Part shown: positions 39,877 through 49,284 of the stretch, one piece after another | Layout of the letters: the number at the start of each line of letters is the position of its first letter | Position numbering within the stretch: position 1 is the first letter of the stretch | The notes under the pieces: generated by a model | Database searches by the model: none | What the model was told of the DNA's origin: nothing | The model's input: the letters and a program-made list of their open reading frames with translations, nothing else | Translations under genes and position numbers: made by a program | Assembly: GCA_002497905.1 (NCBI GenBank) | Contig: DAFJ01000085.1 | Coordinates: 15,993-79,992, forward strand | Direction of reading: 5' to 3' | From: Euryarchaeota archaeon UBA251 | GTDB taxonomy: Archaea; Thermoplasmatota; Poseidoniia; Poseidoniales; Thalassarchaeaceae | DNA length: 64,000 nucleotides

Positions 39877-40664
39877 AACTCTCCCCCTACACCCAATCCA
39901 TCGAGAACCTCCTGCATGAATGTGAGTTTTCGCATCTTGCGTATAGGGTCGGTAGTGCCGGTCCATCGACCAATCTCAGAAGTGGTGTAACCAATGAGAC
40001 GTATGTTGGCAATCGGTACTCCAAGAAAGGCACACAAACATACTGCCCTATCGCCATCAGTAAAACCACCTGGATTGAGCATGCCATCGATTCGATCCGG
40101 TGTCTGATGGGTGAGAAGAATTGCTGGTGGTGTTTCAAGCGCGACCAAGCGATCAAGCATCGCAATCAGTGATTCCTCATTATCACCATGAGCATGAATA
40201 GCATGCAATACTCCTCGTTGAGCAGCTTCGGCGATGTGTGGGTCACCATCACCATCGCTAACAAGAAGCAACGTGTTGGACCACGCCTCATCCTGGGATT
40301 TCTCAGACAGTTCACCAATCACCCCAATAGAGCCATCAGCGAATACCAAGCGATAGCCTTCAGACAAGGCGAGTTCGATTTCTTGAGGTTCAGCAGCTGC
40401 ACCGACTGTGGCAATTGGTCCATCCTCAAGCCTATCAATCAGGGATTCGAGTGTTTCTTCACGACCAGAAACGGTCCACATCTCTCGATTTGAGGATTCC
40501 GTATTGACTCGTTGACAGAGAAGATTAGCCACATGAATATCCTGGTGCAACGACCAATCAAACTGGGCCCGAACACGGTCTTGAACGCGCATAGCGATAG
40601 CCCTGACCTCATGAGGACCCATGTCCGGTCTTGACCGGTCGCGTTGAAGAACCCCAGTGTTCAA
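39873..40664 (-). CDS. DUF115 / MptE-like protein (archaeal 6-hydroxymethylpterin diphosphokinase family candidate)
   Basis: 263 aa. A central Rossmann-like region has VSDGDGDPH and HAIHAHGDN motifs reminiscent of the MptE/MAF_flag10 family. Weak, memory-based. Confidence 0.3.
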   Translation of the reverse strand: MNTGVLQRDRSRPDMGPHEVRAIAMRVQDRVRAQFDWSLHQDIHVANLLCQRVNTESSNREMWTVSGREETLESLIDRLEDGPIATVGAAAEPQEIELALSEGYRLVFADGSIGVIGELSEKSQDEAWSNTLLLVSDGDGDPHIAEAAQRGVLHAIHAHGDNEESLIAMLDRLVALETPPAILLTHQTPDRIDGMLNPGGFTDGDRAVCLCAFLGVPIANIRLIGYTTSEIGRWTGTTDPIRKMRKLTFMQEVLDGLGVGGEL

Positions 40665-40681
40665 TCATAGAGTGAATCCGG

Positions 40682-41839
40682 ATGCCGATGCCCCCACATC
40701 CACCTGTCATCGAGGACCCTCGCATCCTTGCACGGTACCCTTTCCTTCCACAGGCTGTGAAGCATACTCGTAGCATCCTTGAGAACAACGGGGTCACCAT
40801 GGAGAGCCTATTGACGGATGGGTGGTTGAGCGATATTCGAAGAAGGGGCGACTTGCGTGTCAAGGAATCAATACTACATGACGATGGCATTGGAGTTCCA
40901 ACATCGGATATTAGCACCGATCTCGGTCGCATGACTGAGAGTTTGTCTTTCCTCTATGCAATGCTTGTAGCTTGTTCGACCTTTGAGGAGCGGGTTACTG
41001 CTCGATGGGCTGAAGGAGAGGCGAGTCGAGCGGATGCAATTCTTGGATTAGATAACGAATCATTCGATATCATTGCCCACACTTACATCTCGAATCTTCG
41101 ATCTGAGCAGATAGATGGAGCATTGGTCTACAGCATTCCTATGACGGATTTCATCGAATTGGGTCCACGTATTAGTGGAGATTACTGGCGACTTCCAAAC
41201 CGGCCTCTCGATCACGGCTGGGTTACAATGAACCCCCATTCCGGAGAGAACTCAAAACAACGACTTGCTAGATTGTTGAAGGAAAGAATCCGAGAAGACC
41301 TAAGGACGCGTTGCGATGAACGTATGGAACGCATCGATGATAGTTTTGCTGAACGGCTAAGTGAGCCAGTTGGTGCTGTTCTAACTATCCTTCAGTCTCG
41401 TGCAAAAATGGATTTCAATGCAGGTGATGCGACTCGTTCCGACTGGCCCCCTTGCATGGAGTCAGCAATTGCCGAACTTGCTATGGGAGAGAACGTGAAT
41501 CATGCAGGTCGTGTCTTCCTTGCAGCTATGTCCGCCGCAATCGGTATTGATATTGACCAATGTGCTGGATTCTTTTCAGGCGCTCCTGATTTTAATCTGG
41601 ATACAACACGCTACCAAATCAGCCACATATACGACCGAGAATACACTCCAGCAGGCTGCAGCCGGCTAAAACTCGATGGGCGCTGCCCGGTCTCCAAAGG
41701 AGAAGATTCCATATGTGACAAACCGAAGATGAAACATCCACTATCTTACGTATGGTGGAAGCAGAGGGACCGGGGGCAACGACCAGAAGAAGCACAGGAA
41801 GAATCCACAACACAAGACACGGAATCTGCCAACCCTTGA
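40682..41839 (+). CDS. priL: DNA primase large subunit (PriL/PriB)
   Basis: 385 aa. Archaeal/eukaryotic PriL-like helical N-terminus (ARYPFLPQAVKH...). The C-terminal domain has four Cys spaced as in the PriL Fe-S cluster domain (C...CAGFFSG...CSRLKLDGRCPV). Confidence 0.65.
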   Translation: MPMPPHPPVIEDPRILARYPFLPQAVKHTRSILENNGVTMESLLTDGWLSDIRRRGDLRVKESILHDDGIGVPTSDISTDLGRMTESLSFLYAMLVACSTFEERVTARWAEGEASRADAILGLDNESFDIIAHTYISNLRSEQIDGALVYSIPMTDFIELGPRISGDYWRLPNRPLDHGWVTMNPHSGENSKQRLARLLKERIREDLRTRCDERMERIDDSFAERLSEPVGAVLTILQSRAKMDFNAGDATRSDWPPCMESAIAELAMGENVNHAGRVFLAAMSAAIGIDIDQCAGFFSGAPDFNLDTTRYQISHIYDREYTPAGCSRLKLDGRCPVSKGEDSICDKPKMKHPLSYVWWKQRDRGQRPEEAQEESTTQDTESANP

Positions 41840-41872
41840 TTAGTACAGCCCGATAAGAGCTCACCGAAGCAC

Positions 41873-42985
41873 ATGACACGTACGCTAGTGTTGACCATTG
41901 ACCGAGACAATGATCTCGGGATTAAGGCAGGCCTTAGGGGGCCCGTCATCGGGAGGAAGGCAACTCTCAGTGCTGCACTTCGACTAGGTCTTGCTGATCC
42001 TGAGGAGAGCGATACAAATGCCATCCTGGGAGCATTGCATCACCACGACCGGATTCTCGATTCGGGTGAGCCAAATGATACGGTCGAAGTTGCTATCCTA
42101 ACTGGAGATGAGAGAGTTGGTGCCCGGTCTGACCGAGCAATTGCAAAACAGTTGGAAGAAGTCATCGCTGAATTCCAACCTGACTGTGCGATCTTGGTGA
42201 CTGATGGAGCAGAGGATGAGGCAGTGATGCCCATTCTGCAGAGTCGGGTGCGAATCGATTATGTCGAGAAAATCATCGTACGTCAAAGCAAGGGTATCGA
42301 AGGGACGTTTTACTACATCATGAAGGCTATCGAGGACCCAAAATGGCGGGCTCGCCTACTAGTTCCGCTCTCTGTATTCATGATGATTATTGGGCTAGGC
42401 ATGATCATTCCAGGCGGAGGTGTCCTGATTGGCGCTATGCCATTATTCGTTGGGCTGTGGCTACTCGCCAAGGGACTCGGTGCAGAAACACAATTCGAAC
42501 GCCTCATAGTCGATATGCGAGAAAGTGCAATGGGTGGCATTGTTTCCTCTCTATTGTGGGCCTTTGCATCGTTCGCAAGCCTACTCGCCATTCTTGAGGT
42601 ATATCGAGAGATTGCTCAAGCAAGCTCCGAGATGAGTGGGTTTGAGATTGGTGTGGAAGCAATGGATAGTGGTTTACAATGGATTGTACTAGCATCCCTT
42701 GCCGTGGCTATGTCCATGGTTGTCCTACGCTGGAGGCGTGGTACGCTATCTGGGCGAATCTTCCAACTTGTTGCGGGAGGTGCTGTAATCTACGCATTTG
42801 CGGAGGCTAGTCTCGATGTAGCACGTAAAATTGCTCAAGGCGAAACCTACGAGCTTGACCCTGGAGTAATTTACAGCGATTGGGGGCTCGTTCTAGTGAC
42901 TATTGTCGTGTGGTGGATGGTTCGGACCGGTGTACGCTCTTGGTCCACTCGACAAGAGATTCAAGGCAAGTTCTGGGGAGTCTAA
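41873..42985 (+). CDS. DUF373-like archaeal membrane protein
   Basis: 370 aa. A cytoplasmic N-terminal roughly 150 aa (LVLTIDRDNDLGIKAG...TDGAEDEAV) is followed by about 6 TM helices. The architecture resembles conserved archaeal DUF373 proteins. Family name is from memory. Confidence 0.4.
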   Translation: MTRTLVLTIDRDNDLGIKAGLRGPVIGRKATLSAALRLGLADPEESDTNAILGALHHHDRILDSGEPNDTVEVAILTGDERVGARSDRAIAKQLEEVIAEFQPDCAILVTDGAEDEAVMPILQSRVRIDYVEKIIVRQSKGIEGTFYYIMKAIEDPKWRARLLVPLSVFMMIIGLGMIIPGGGVLIGAMPLFVGLWLLAKGLGAETQFERLIVDMRESAMGGIVSSLLWAFASFASLLAILEVYREIAQASSEMSGFEIGVEAMDSGLQWIVLASLAVAMSMVVLRWRRGTLSGRIFQLVAGGAVIYAFAEASLDVARKIAQGETYELDPGVIYSDWGLVLVTIVVWWMVRTGVRSWSTRQEIQGKFWGV

Positions 42986-43432
42986 TCAGGACTCAAATAA
43001 TGTCTCAGTCATACACTGTGGGCATGTTACCTTAATCGGTCGAACCGAGGGAATACCGAGTGGTGATCGACAGGCAGGACAGACAATAGCTTGCTCAACC
43101 TGTGACTGCCGTGAACGTCCCTCACTACTCGGGTCATACCCCATGCGGTATCGGTGTGCTTCAGAAAGCGCCTCGGCCCCCGTTTGAGGAGGGGGGCTGG
43201 TTTCCATCATTGGGTCAACGCCTCCTTTGGATCTCGAAATTGACATGTCCCATTCCGGTTCACTAGCGCTCATTGGCGTTCCAGATGATGCCATTTCCAT
43301 AAGGCGGAGGAGCTCATCAGATGAGACTCCATGCTCGACCGTTACACGATCTATTGCAAGCATTTTCTCGTATCCATCTAACGCGTTCAATTCTGCGATG
43401 ACAGAGGCAGGCACGTCACTCATGGGAGTCAC
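42986..43432 (-). CDS. Zinc-ribbon protein, hypothetical
   Basis: 148 aa. The C-terminus has CPACRSP...CPQCMTE (CxxC-x17-CxxC). Confidence 0.4.
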   Translation of the reverse strand: MTPMSDVPASVIAELNALDGYEKMLAIDRVTVEHGVSSDELLRLMEMASSGTPMSASEPEWDMSISRSKGGVDPMMETSPPPQTGAEALSEAHRYRMGYDPSSEGRSRQSQVEQAIVCPACRSPLGIPSVRPIKVTCPQCMTETLFES

Positions 43433-43454
43433 TCATACCCGCCTCACTTGAGGG

Positions 43455-43865
43455 TTGAGGATGGACAAGTACTCATCTATACGAATCATCCTAGGATTAG
43501 ACATGCACCCATCAGTCAATGTCCTCGGTACCCCACTTAAGACCTGCAACGAAGAACCTCTCACTGGCTGGTTCCGTGACGGATGTTGCAATACTGACGA
43601 TTCAGATAGAGGCATGCATACCGTCTGTGTAGTAGTCGATGAAGCATTCTTGACGTTCAGTGCTAATGTGGGTAATGACCTTTCGACACCACGACCGGAA
43701 TTTCGATTTCTTGGACTCAATCCAGGAGACAGATGGTGTCTATGTGCAACGCGATGGAGGGAAGCATGGGCTGAGGGATGTGCGCCTCCTGTCGATCTTG
43801 AAGCCACACATGTAAGGACGCTTGAAGTGATTGATTTGTCTGTGCTTGAAATGTACGCTATGTGA
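43455..43865 (+). CDS. DUF2237-family conserved protein
   Basis: 136 aa. Motifs CNEEPLTGWFRDGCC, MHTVCVVVDEAF and GDRWCLCATRW are characteristic of DUF2237 as I recall it. Confidence 0.45.
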   Translation: MRMDKYSSIRIILGLDMHPSVNVLGTPLKTCNEEPLTGWFRDGCCNTDDSDRGMHTVCVVVDEAFLTFSANVGNDLSTPRPEFRFLGLNPGDRWCLCATRWREAWAEGCAPPVDLEATHVRTLEVIDLSVLEMYAM

Positions 43866-43907
43866 AGGAAACGAACCGTTCACAAAGGATGAAGGAGACG
43901 GTGGATT

Positions 43908-44615
43908 ATGTCTGATGCTACGGCCAATGTCGGCACATTGTACATGCTCAACACTTGCCCCTTTACCTGGAAGGTTCGGGCCCTGCTCGACTATCTCGAT
44001 CTCCCTCATGATCGAGTACAAGTTAATCCCATGCGAATCAAGAAAAGTGTCTCCTTTGCAGGGGACTGGGGCAAGACGCCTGTCTGGAAAATGCATGATG
44101 GTGAAGTTGTTGTCGACTCTACTCCTATCATGAAACGTATCGATGAGATTCACAACGATGGTCGATTGGCCTCTTCTTCAGATCTAGCCCGGCGTGATGA
44201 ATGGATTGAATGGGCAGATCTACACGTCAAAAATGCCACCATCCCGATTCTATACGGTAGCATTGGATCGGCTCTGAGCACCACACGTTCAGTCTCACGG
44301 CATGAGAAGTTTGGACTGATGACTGGACGATTGTACGCGTGGGCAGGGTTTCCAATCATGTGGGGTATAATCGCACGGAAGCGAACGAAAAACACTGGTA
44401 TGAATCCTAAACAACTCTGGCATCACCTTCTAGATCAGTGGACTGGTGAGATTGGTGGGCAGCAATTTTTTGGTGGCGACGAACCTGATCTTGTTGACCT
44501 CATTGTCTATGGTTACATGCGATCGATTGAGATGCATCCGAAAGCATTCCGCCTCATTGAAGATCATGAAAATGGGATGGCTTGGTTCAAACGCATGAAA
44601 GGCGTTGCTGCTTGA
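43908..44615 (+). CDS. Glutathione S-transferase-like / glutaredoxin-2-like thioredoxin-fold protein
   Basis: 235 aa. An N-terminal thioredoxin-like motif (LYMLNTCPFTWKVRALLDYLDLP) with a single active-site Cys-Pro is followed by a helical GST-C-like domain. Confidence 0.5.
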   Translation: MSDATANVGTLYMLNTCPFTWKVRALLDYLDLPHDRVQVNPMRIKKSVSFAGDWGKTPVWKMHDGEVVVDSTPIMKRIDEIHNDGRLASSSDLARRDEWIEWADLHVKNATIPILYGSIGSALSTTRSVSRHEKFGLMTGRLYAWAGFPIMWGIIARKRTKNTGMNPKQLWHHLLDQWTGEIGGQQFFGGDEPDLVDLIVYGYMRSIEMHPKAFRLIEDHENGMAWFKRMKGVAA

Positions 44616-45509
44616 TTATCCATCACTAACATTGAGACCGTAGGTGGAAATCATCGCGAGCATACCAAGGCAACAAGCTGAGTAAAAGTGGCCTTGGCTA
44701 AAGAAGACGAGGCCCCCCGCAGTTCGGAGAAGCAACGCACTCTTTGCTTTCCAACCCATGATGCCTAAAACAATCGCAATCAATCCAATGCCAAAGAAGA
44801 TTGCACCTACGATATCGTATACTGCTGCTGCAGTAGGGTCATACAACTCACGACCACGCTGCTCTTCAGATAAGTCAATCCAGCGCATCAATCCATTATT
44901 TTCCTCTTCAACGGCATCGAATACTGCAGGAGATTCGTAATCGACATCCAAGTGTGTAAATCCATACGGTTCAAACAAAGCACCAGGTGACAGAATAATG
45001 CGATGTGTCATACCTTCTGAATCATGGGTGTTATTCACCACAAACATCGTCATTAGACCTGGATTCAGACCCTCAAGGCGAAAGCGGCCTTCCGCGTCGG
45101 TCACATTTGATGGGCGAGTGATTCTCTGAGTTCCATTCTCTACGACTGTCGTTACAACCTCGATTGTGAAATTGGATCCTGGGCTACCATCATGTAGGGT
45201 TAAGGTGCCTGTGAGGATTGCCGATCCAGGTGAGGATTGACTGATGAAGGAGGCGGTCTGTGTTTGACTGTAAATGAAGCCTCGATCAGTCACAAGGCCT
45301 CGGTCTCCCTCAATAAAATCAAGGCCGTTGATAACACCGAATATTCCTGCAACAAGAATGAACAGGAGGGCTACGTGCATCCGAGGGTCTCTTGGGGTGT
45401 CCTTCGGTAACTGAAGTGTTGCTCCTGTGGAGGAAAATACTGGTTCCTCCTCAGGAATCACGACAATTGGGGGATCCGAAGAGGCCTCTTTTCTGTCCCC
45501 CATGAACAT
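44616..45509 (-). CDS. Membrane-anchored protein with a carboxypeptidase-regulatory-like (CarboxypepD_reg) beta-sandwich domain
   Basis: Signal anchor (MHVALLFILVAGIFGV). The beta-sandwich motif is VTDAEGRFRLEGLNPGLMTMFVV. There are C-terminal TM helices. I chose the start at an internal Met to avoid overlap with hflX. Confidence 0.4.
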   Translation of the reverse strand: MFMGDRKEASSDPPIVVIPEEEPVFSSTGATLQLPKDTPRDPRMHVALLFILVAGIFGVINGLDFIEGDRGLVTDRGFIYSQTQTASFISQSSPGSAILTGTLTLHDGSPGSNFTIEVVTTVVENGTQRITRPSNVTDAEGRFRLEGLNPGLMTMFVVNNTHDSEGMTHRIILSPGALFEPYGFTHLDVDYESPAVFDAVEEENNGLMRWIDLSEEQRGRELYDPTAAAVYDIVGAIFFGIGLIAIVLGIMGWKAKSALLLRTAGGLVFFSQGHFYSACCLGMLAMISTYGLNVSDG

Positions 45510-45525
45510 GGATAGGAGGTGTCCT

Positions 45526-46926
45526 TTATTCCGCTTGCGAGAACTGATCTTCTTCTCTGTGAATCCTATCACCCAACGAACGATTGAGGCGCGCCCAATC
45601 AGCTGGATCTATCCATGCCACTAGGTACAAGCCTTCGTCACTCATCCTCCGTTCTCCAACCATCGAATTACGACGAATCTCGGCCTCAATAGCAGCGATC
45701 GGTCGATCAGATGCGTCACTGGGTGGCAAAACCAGAAATGAAATTGGAGGGCCATGTAAACGTGTCAAGATGTTGGAACGAAGGTGTTCAATGCCTTCAG
45801 ACGAAGTTGAAGATGTTAGAATTGTCTCAGAAACTCCGAAAGAATCCAACGCACGATTCACTGCGGCCACATGAGATTCGCTACACGAATCCTGCTTGGT
45901 CAAAACCACAAGCAAATCATATGAGCCCACATCTGGATCACTACGGTCGAAGAGTTCTCGGCGTGAAGTCTCAAACTTCCGGACTACTTCCTCCACTGGA
46001 TCCGAGCAATCCAACAAAAGGAGCAGGAGGTCGCATTCAAGGCTCTCTTTGAGAGTTGCAGAAAACGCATCAAGGAGATCTGAAGGGATGTCGTCGATGA
46101 ACCCAATTGTGTCAACAAGAAGTACACGAGGGCTGAACTGCATCCGGCCAACTGTCGTCTCCAACGTCGAGAAATAACGATCCTCAACAATGACTGGTTT
46201 TCCACAGAGGGATGCAAATAAGCTCGATTTTCCGGCGTTGGTATATCCAGCTAAACCCACCGTTCGGGCCCCACTTGCTCGACGTTGTCTTTGGCGCTCC
46301 TTGATTGCTCGACTGTATCTTCGCTGACGTCCACGAAGTGTCTTCAGTTCTCTATTTAGAGCATTTAGTGCAACATTCCAACCAGTTCGACCGCCAGCTC
46401 CGTAACCAAGGCGTTCTCCGGTTGTCTCGCGATTCACCAATTCACGCAAAACGTTACGATCAGCGTTCAAACGAGCAATGCGCACTTGATTGCGTGCTTC
46501 AACCGATGAGGCATGTTGAGTAAAGAGTTCTAGGAGAAGGCGGACGCGATCCCAAGTCTCACATTGCAACATGTCAGTCATGTTCACTAATTGACGAGCA
46601 CTTAGATTCGCATTCACAAGAACAAGATCTATTCCAAACCAAGGATGACTTTCAGGAGCCATACGTAATTCATCACGAATTGCTTCAAGTCGGCCACGAC
46701 CTAGATGTGTTCGTTTGTCCGATCGACCTCGCTGAGCAACGATTTCAACAACTTGGATATCCATTGTATCTGCAAGTGCAAGGAACTCCGTCGGATTTTC
46801 ATCGCGAGTCAGCATCAATGCTCGGCGACCCGCATGAGAGGTCCGCAATTCTTCGGTCAGAACTCCCCCTGAACCTGCTATCAATGGGACTGGGTCCCAA
46901 TCTGGATCTTTCATGCTCGAATCCAC
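45526..46926 (-). CDS. hflX: GTPase HflX
   Basis: 466 aa. HflX N-terminal domain plus G-domain with G1 GYTNAGKSSLF and G3 DTIGF. Overall organisation is HflX-like. Confidence 0.85.
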   Translation of the reverse strand: MDSSMKDPDWDPVPLIAGSGGVLTEELRTSHAGRRALMLTRDENPTEFLALADTMDIQVVEIVAQRGRSDKRTHLGRGRLEAIRDELRMAPESHPWFGIDLVLVNANLSARQLVNMTDMLQCETWDRVRLLLELFTQHASSVEARNQVRIARLNADRNVLRELVNRETTGERLGYGAGGRTGWNVALNALNRELKTLRGRQRRYSRAIKERQRQRRASGARTVGLAGYTNAGKSSLFASLCGKPVIVEDRYFSTLETTVGRMQFSPRVLLVDTIGFIDDIPSDLLDAFSATLKESLECDLLLLLLDCSDPVEEVVRKFETSRRELFDRSDPDVGSYDLLVVLTKQDSCSESHVAAVNRALDSFGVSETILTSSTSSEGIEHLRSNILTRLHGPPISFLVLPPSDASDRPIAAIEAEIRRNSMVGERRMSDEGLYLVAWIDPADWARLNRSLGDRIHREEDQFSQAE

Positions 46927-47897
46927 CCCGCGGTTTCAAGGATACGTTCATCCAGTTTTGAAATAGGAACTGAAGCCGGATCTAACCCACCATCGCTTCG
47001 TTCCGCAACCCATACCTCAAGGTTCCAGTCTCTGTGACTGAAAGCATGCCTAACCCTACCTACAGATCTGTGTTTTTCGACATGGTGATTATCACATAGA
47101 ACATCTATTCCCTGAGGATCCTCGGTTATTGGTACACCCCACAAACCCCCCAACCTCGAGCCTTTTCTTTTCGTCAGATGGATTCCAAATGGTGTTTGGA
47201 TTACGAGAGCGTGCCCCTCAATTCTCTTTGAATTCCGTTTGCGTGATGCAGGAAATTTCGTTGGCTCATCGGTTTGTACTGCAAGACATACATCTTCAGC
47301 AGGACATCTGTCGCATGAGGGACGACGGGGCGTACAAACAGTTGCACCAAGTTCCATTAAAGCCTGATTCCAATCCCCTGGCCTGTTTCGATAAAGGGAT
47401 TTGTCAGCCCATGTTTGAATATCGCGATCTTTGGGACGTTTCTCTGCTGATATACGAGCATGAATACGGCGAATATTGCCATCCACAGCTGCAACGGGGT
47501 AACCGAATGCAATGGAAGACACGGCTGCTGATGTGTATGGGCCGATTCCAGGCAAATTCTGTAAATCTCGAGGATTAGATGGTAGAGAAGGAGGATTTTG
47601 AGAGATGATTTCAACAGACAGGGCATGCAAATTACGTGCCCTCGCATAATACCCACAACCCTGCCAAGCCTCTAGGACATCCTCAACGGGGGCAGCAGCC
47701 ATGGATTCTATTGTCGGAAATCGTTCCATCATTCGATACCAATGTGCAAGACCAACTTTCATCTGTGTCTGTTGTAGCACAAACTCGGAGACAAGGACTG
47801 CCCACGGATCTGGATTGCTCCTCCATGGAAGATCGCGGGCCTCGGCATCATACCACTCCAGAATGCGCCCCTGAACGGATTCGGATAGCCCGCTCAT
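46911..47897 (-). CDS. mutY: A/G-specific adenine DNA glycosylase (MutY) with a C-terminal NUDIX-like domain
   Basis: HhH-GPD glycosylase (LPGIGPYTSAAVSSIAFG), a 4Fe-4S Cys cluster (CTPRRPSCDRCPAEDVC), and an N-terminus LEWYDAEARDLPWR like E. coli MutY. I placed the start at ATG 47897. Confidence 0.85.
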   Translation of the reverse strand: MSGLSESVQGRILEWYDAEARDLPWRSNPDPWAVLVSEFVLQQTQMKVGLAHWYRMMERFPTIESMAAAPVEDVLEAWQGCGYYARARNLHALSVEIISQNPPSLPSNPRDLQNLPGIGPYTSAAVSSIAFGYPVAAVDGNIRRIHARISAEKRPKDRDIQTWADKSLYRNRPGDWNQALMELGATVCTPRRPSCDRCPAEDVCLAVQTDEPTKFPASRKRNSKRIEGHALVIQTPFGIHLTKRKGSRLGGLWGVPITEDPQGIDVLCDNHHVEKHRSVGRVRHAFSHRDWNLEVWVAERSDGGLDPASVPISKLDERILETAGWIRA

Positions 47898-47950
47898 CGT
47901 TTGTCTCCTTAGCCGGAGCATCCATAGCGATTGCCTCCGAAGTAGAACTG

Positions 47951-48187
47951 ATGGCAGCACATGAAGCGGTTCTCGTGCTACGGGGCGAATCTATCGAGCG
48001 CCTCTCAACTCTGAAGGCCTCGATATCTGTAGATGACCCGGATAGTTTCTCTATCAAAATGGACCACGGAGCCGTTGAAATGCACATTACCGTCCAGAGT
48101 AACAACATGCGAACGCTACGGAATACCATGGATGATATTCTCGCATGCATCGCTGCAGTTGAAACCACCCTTGAACAAATTGAATGA
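47951..48187 (+). CDS. pcc1: KEOPS complex subunit Pcc1-like small protein
   Basis: A small ORF embedded in the longer track ORF 47636-48187. The C-terminal region EMHITVQSNNMRTLRNTMDDILACIAAVETTLEQIE matches the Pcc1 pattern (I.A.D..ALRGTVNSYLRWI..AI). Similarity seems to continue about 18 aa upstream of the ATG, so the true start may be non-canonical. Confidence 0.5.
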   Translation: MAAHEAVLVLRGESIERLSTLKASISVDDPDSFSIKMDHGAVEMHITVQSNNMRTLRNTMDDILACIAAVETTLEQIE

Positions 48188-48233
48188 GTGAAATCCACAA
48201 TCCTTCAAGTGCAATGGGCGAGTCCGCGGCTCA

Positions 48234-49265
48234 GTGACGGAATTCGGAGACTCCGAAACCCCCGACGCCGGGGAGGAGGTGCTCGCCACAACGGCTCACC
48301 GAGTTCGACTCCCTCATGACCGTGCATCCGATCTTTGGATGGACGACTCGCCCAGCCCCATTCTGACCGAAAGCATGGAACGATGGGTTAGGACCTTGTT
48401 AGAAGACGATGGGTACCACCCAATCGGCCAGACAAGAGTCCTGGTGCGAGCACGTGTCATCGCGAAGCAAGAAGGTGTGCTGTGTGGAAGTCACGTCGTC
48501 AACCATCTACTAAGGACACGACTTCCTGATGTGCAAATGTCTTGGCATAAACGAGAAGGTGAGCGATTCCAAATTGATGACACTCTCCTGATACTCGATG
48601 GTGCCGCCTTGGAGATTCTTGCCGTCGAACGTGTCCTAATCAACCTCATCGGACGGATGTCGGGCATAGCAACAGAGACCGAACGTTGGGTAAATCGATT
48701 AAATGGACTTCGGGTTGCTTCTACTCGTAAGACTGCATGGGGAATCTTAGACAAATGGGCAGTCCACATCGGTGGAGGTCTGACACATCGGCTACGCAAA
48801 AGTGATGCTTGGATGATCAAAGAGAATGATCAGACTGTTCTCAAGATGAATCTTGAAGAATCGAAGAAAGAAACTATGCAAAAATGGATTACAACAACGG
48901 ATCTCAACAAACACGGTGCCTTCACAGTAATCGAAGTAGATTCCATATCAATGGCAAATGTGATTGCAAAATCTTGGTGTAATCGAATGATGGAAACCGA
49001 GGAGGACCGGGTCCTTGTCATCATGCTAGATAACATGGGGCCTGCCAAGACAAAGGAAGCTGTGCTCGACATTCAGTCCCACGGTTACAATCAATGGATT
49101 TGCACAGAAGCGAGTGGGAATATTCGTTTCGAAGACCTAGATGATTGGATGGCAACGGGAGTTGATGTTCTATCTACGAGTTCGATGAATATGGGCGTAC
49201 GATCGATTGACATCAGCATGCTCATCGATGAATCTGGAGTCAGAACTCTACCCTCGGAAGACTGA
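48234..49265 (+). CDS. nadC: Nicotinate-nucleotide pyrophosphorylase (quinolinate phosphoribosyltransferase)
   Basis: NadC-type motifs ERVLINLIGRMSGIATET and ASTRKTAWGILDKWAVHIGGGLTHR are present. The true start is possibly the internal Met at 48339. Confidence 0.7.
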   Translation: MTEFGDSETPDAGEEVLATTAHRVRLPHDRASDLWMDDSPSPILTESMERWVRTLLEDDGYHPIGQTRVLVRARVIAKQEGVLCGSHVVNHLLRTRLPDVQMSWHKREGERFQIDDTLLILDGAALEILAVERVLINLIGRMSGIATETERWVNRLNGLRVASTRKTAWGILDKWAVHIGGGLTHRLRKSDAWMIKENDQTVLKMNLEESKKETMQKWITTTDLNKHGAFTVIEVDSISMANVIAKSWCNRMMETEEDRVLVIMLDNMGPAKTKEAVLDIQSHGYNQWICTEASGNIRFEDLDDWMATGVDVLSTSSMNMGVRSIDISMLIDESGVRTLPSED

Positions 49266-49284
49266 TGGTGTACTCCACGGTCCA

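Noticed and set aside
47636-47950. N-terminal 105 codons of track ORF 47636-48187
   Set aside because: This segment is antisense to the well-supported mutY N-terminal coding region and has no protein-like features. Only the C-terminal Pcc1-like portion was kept.
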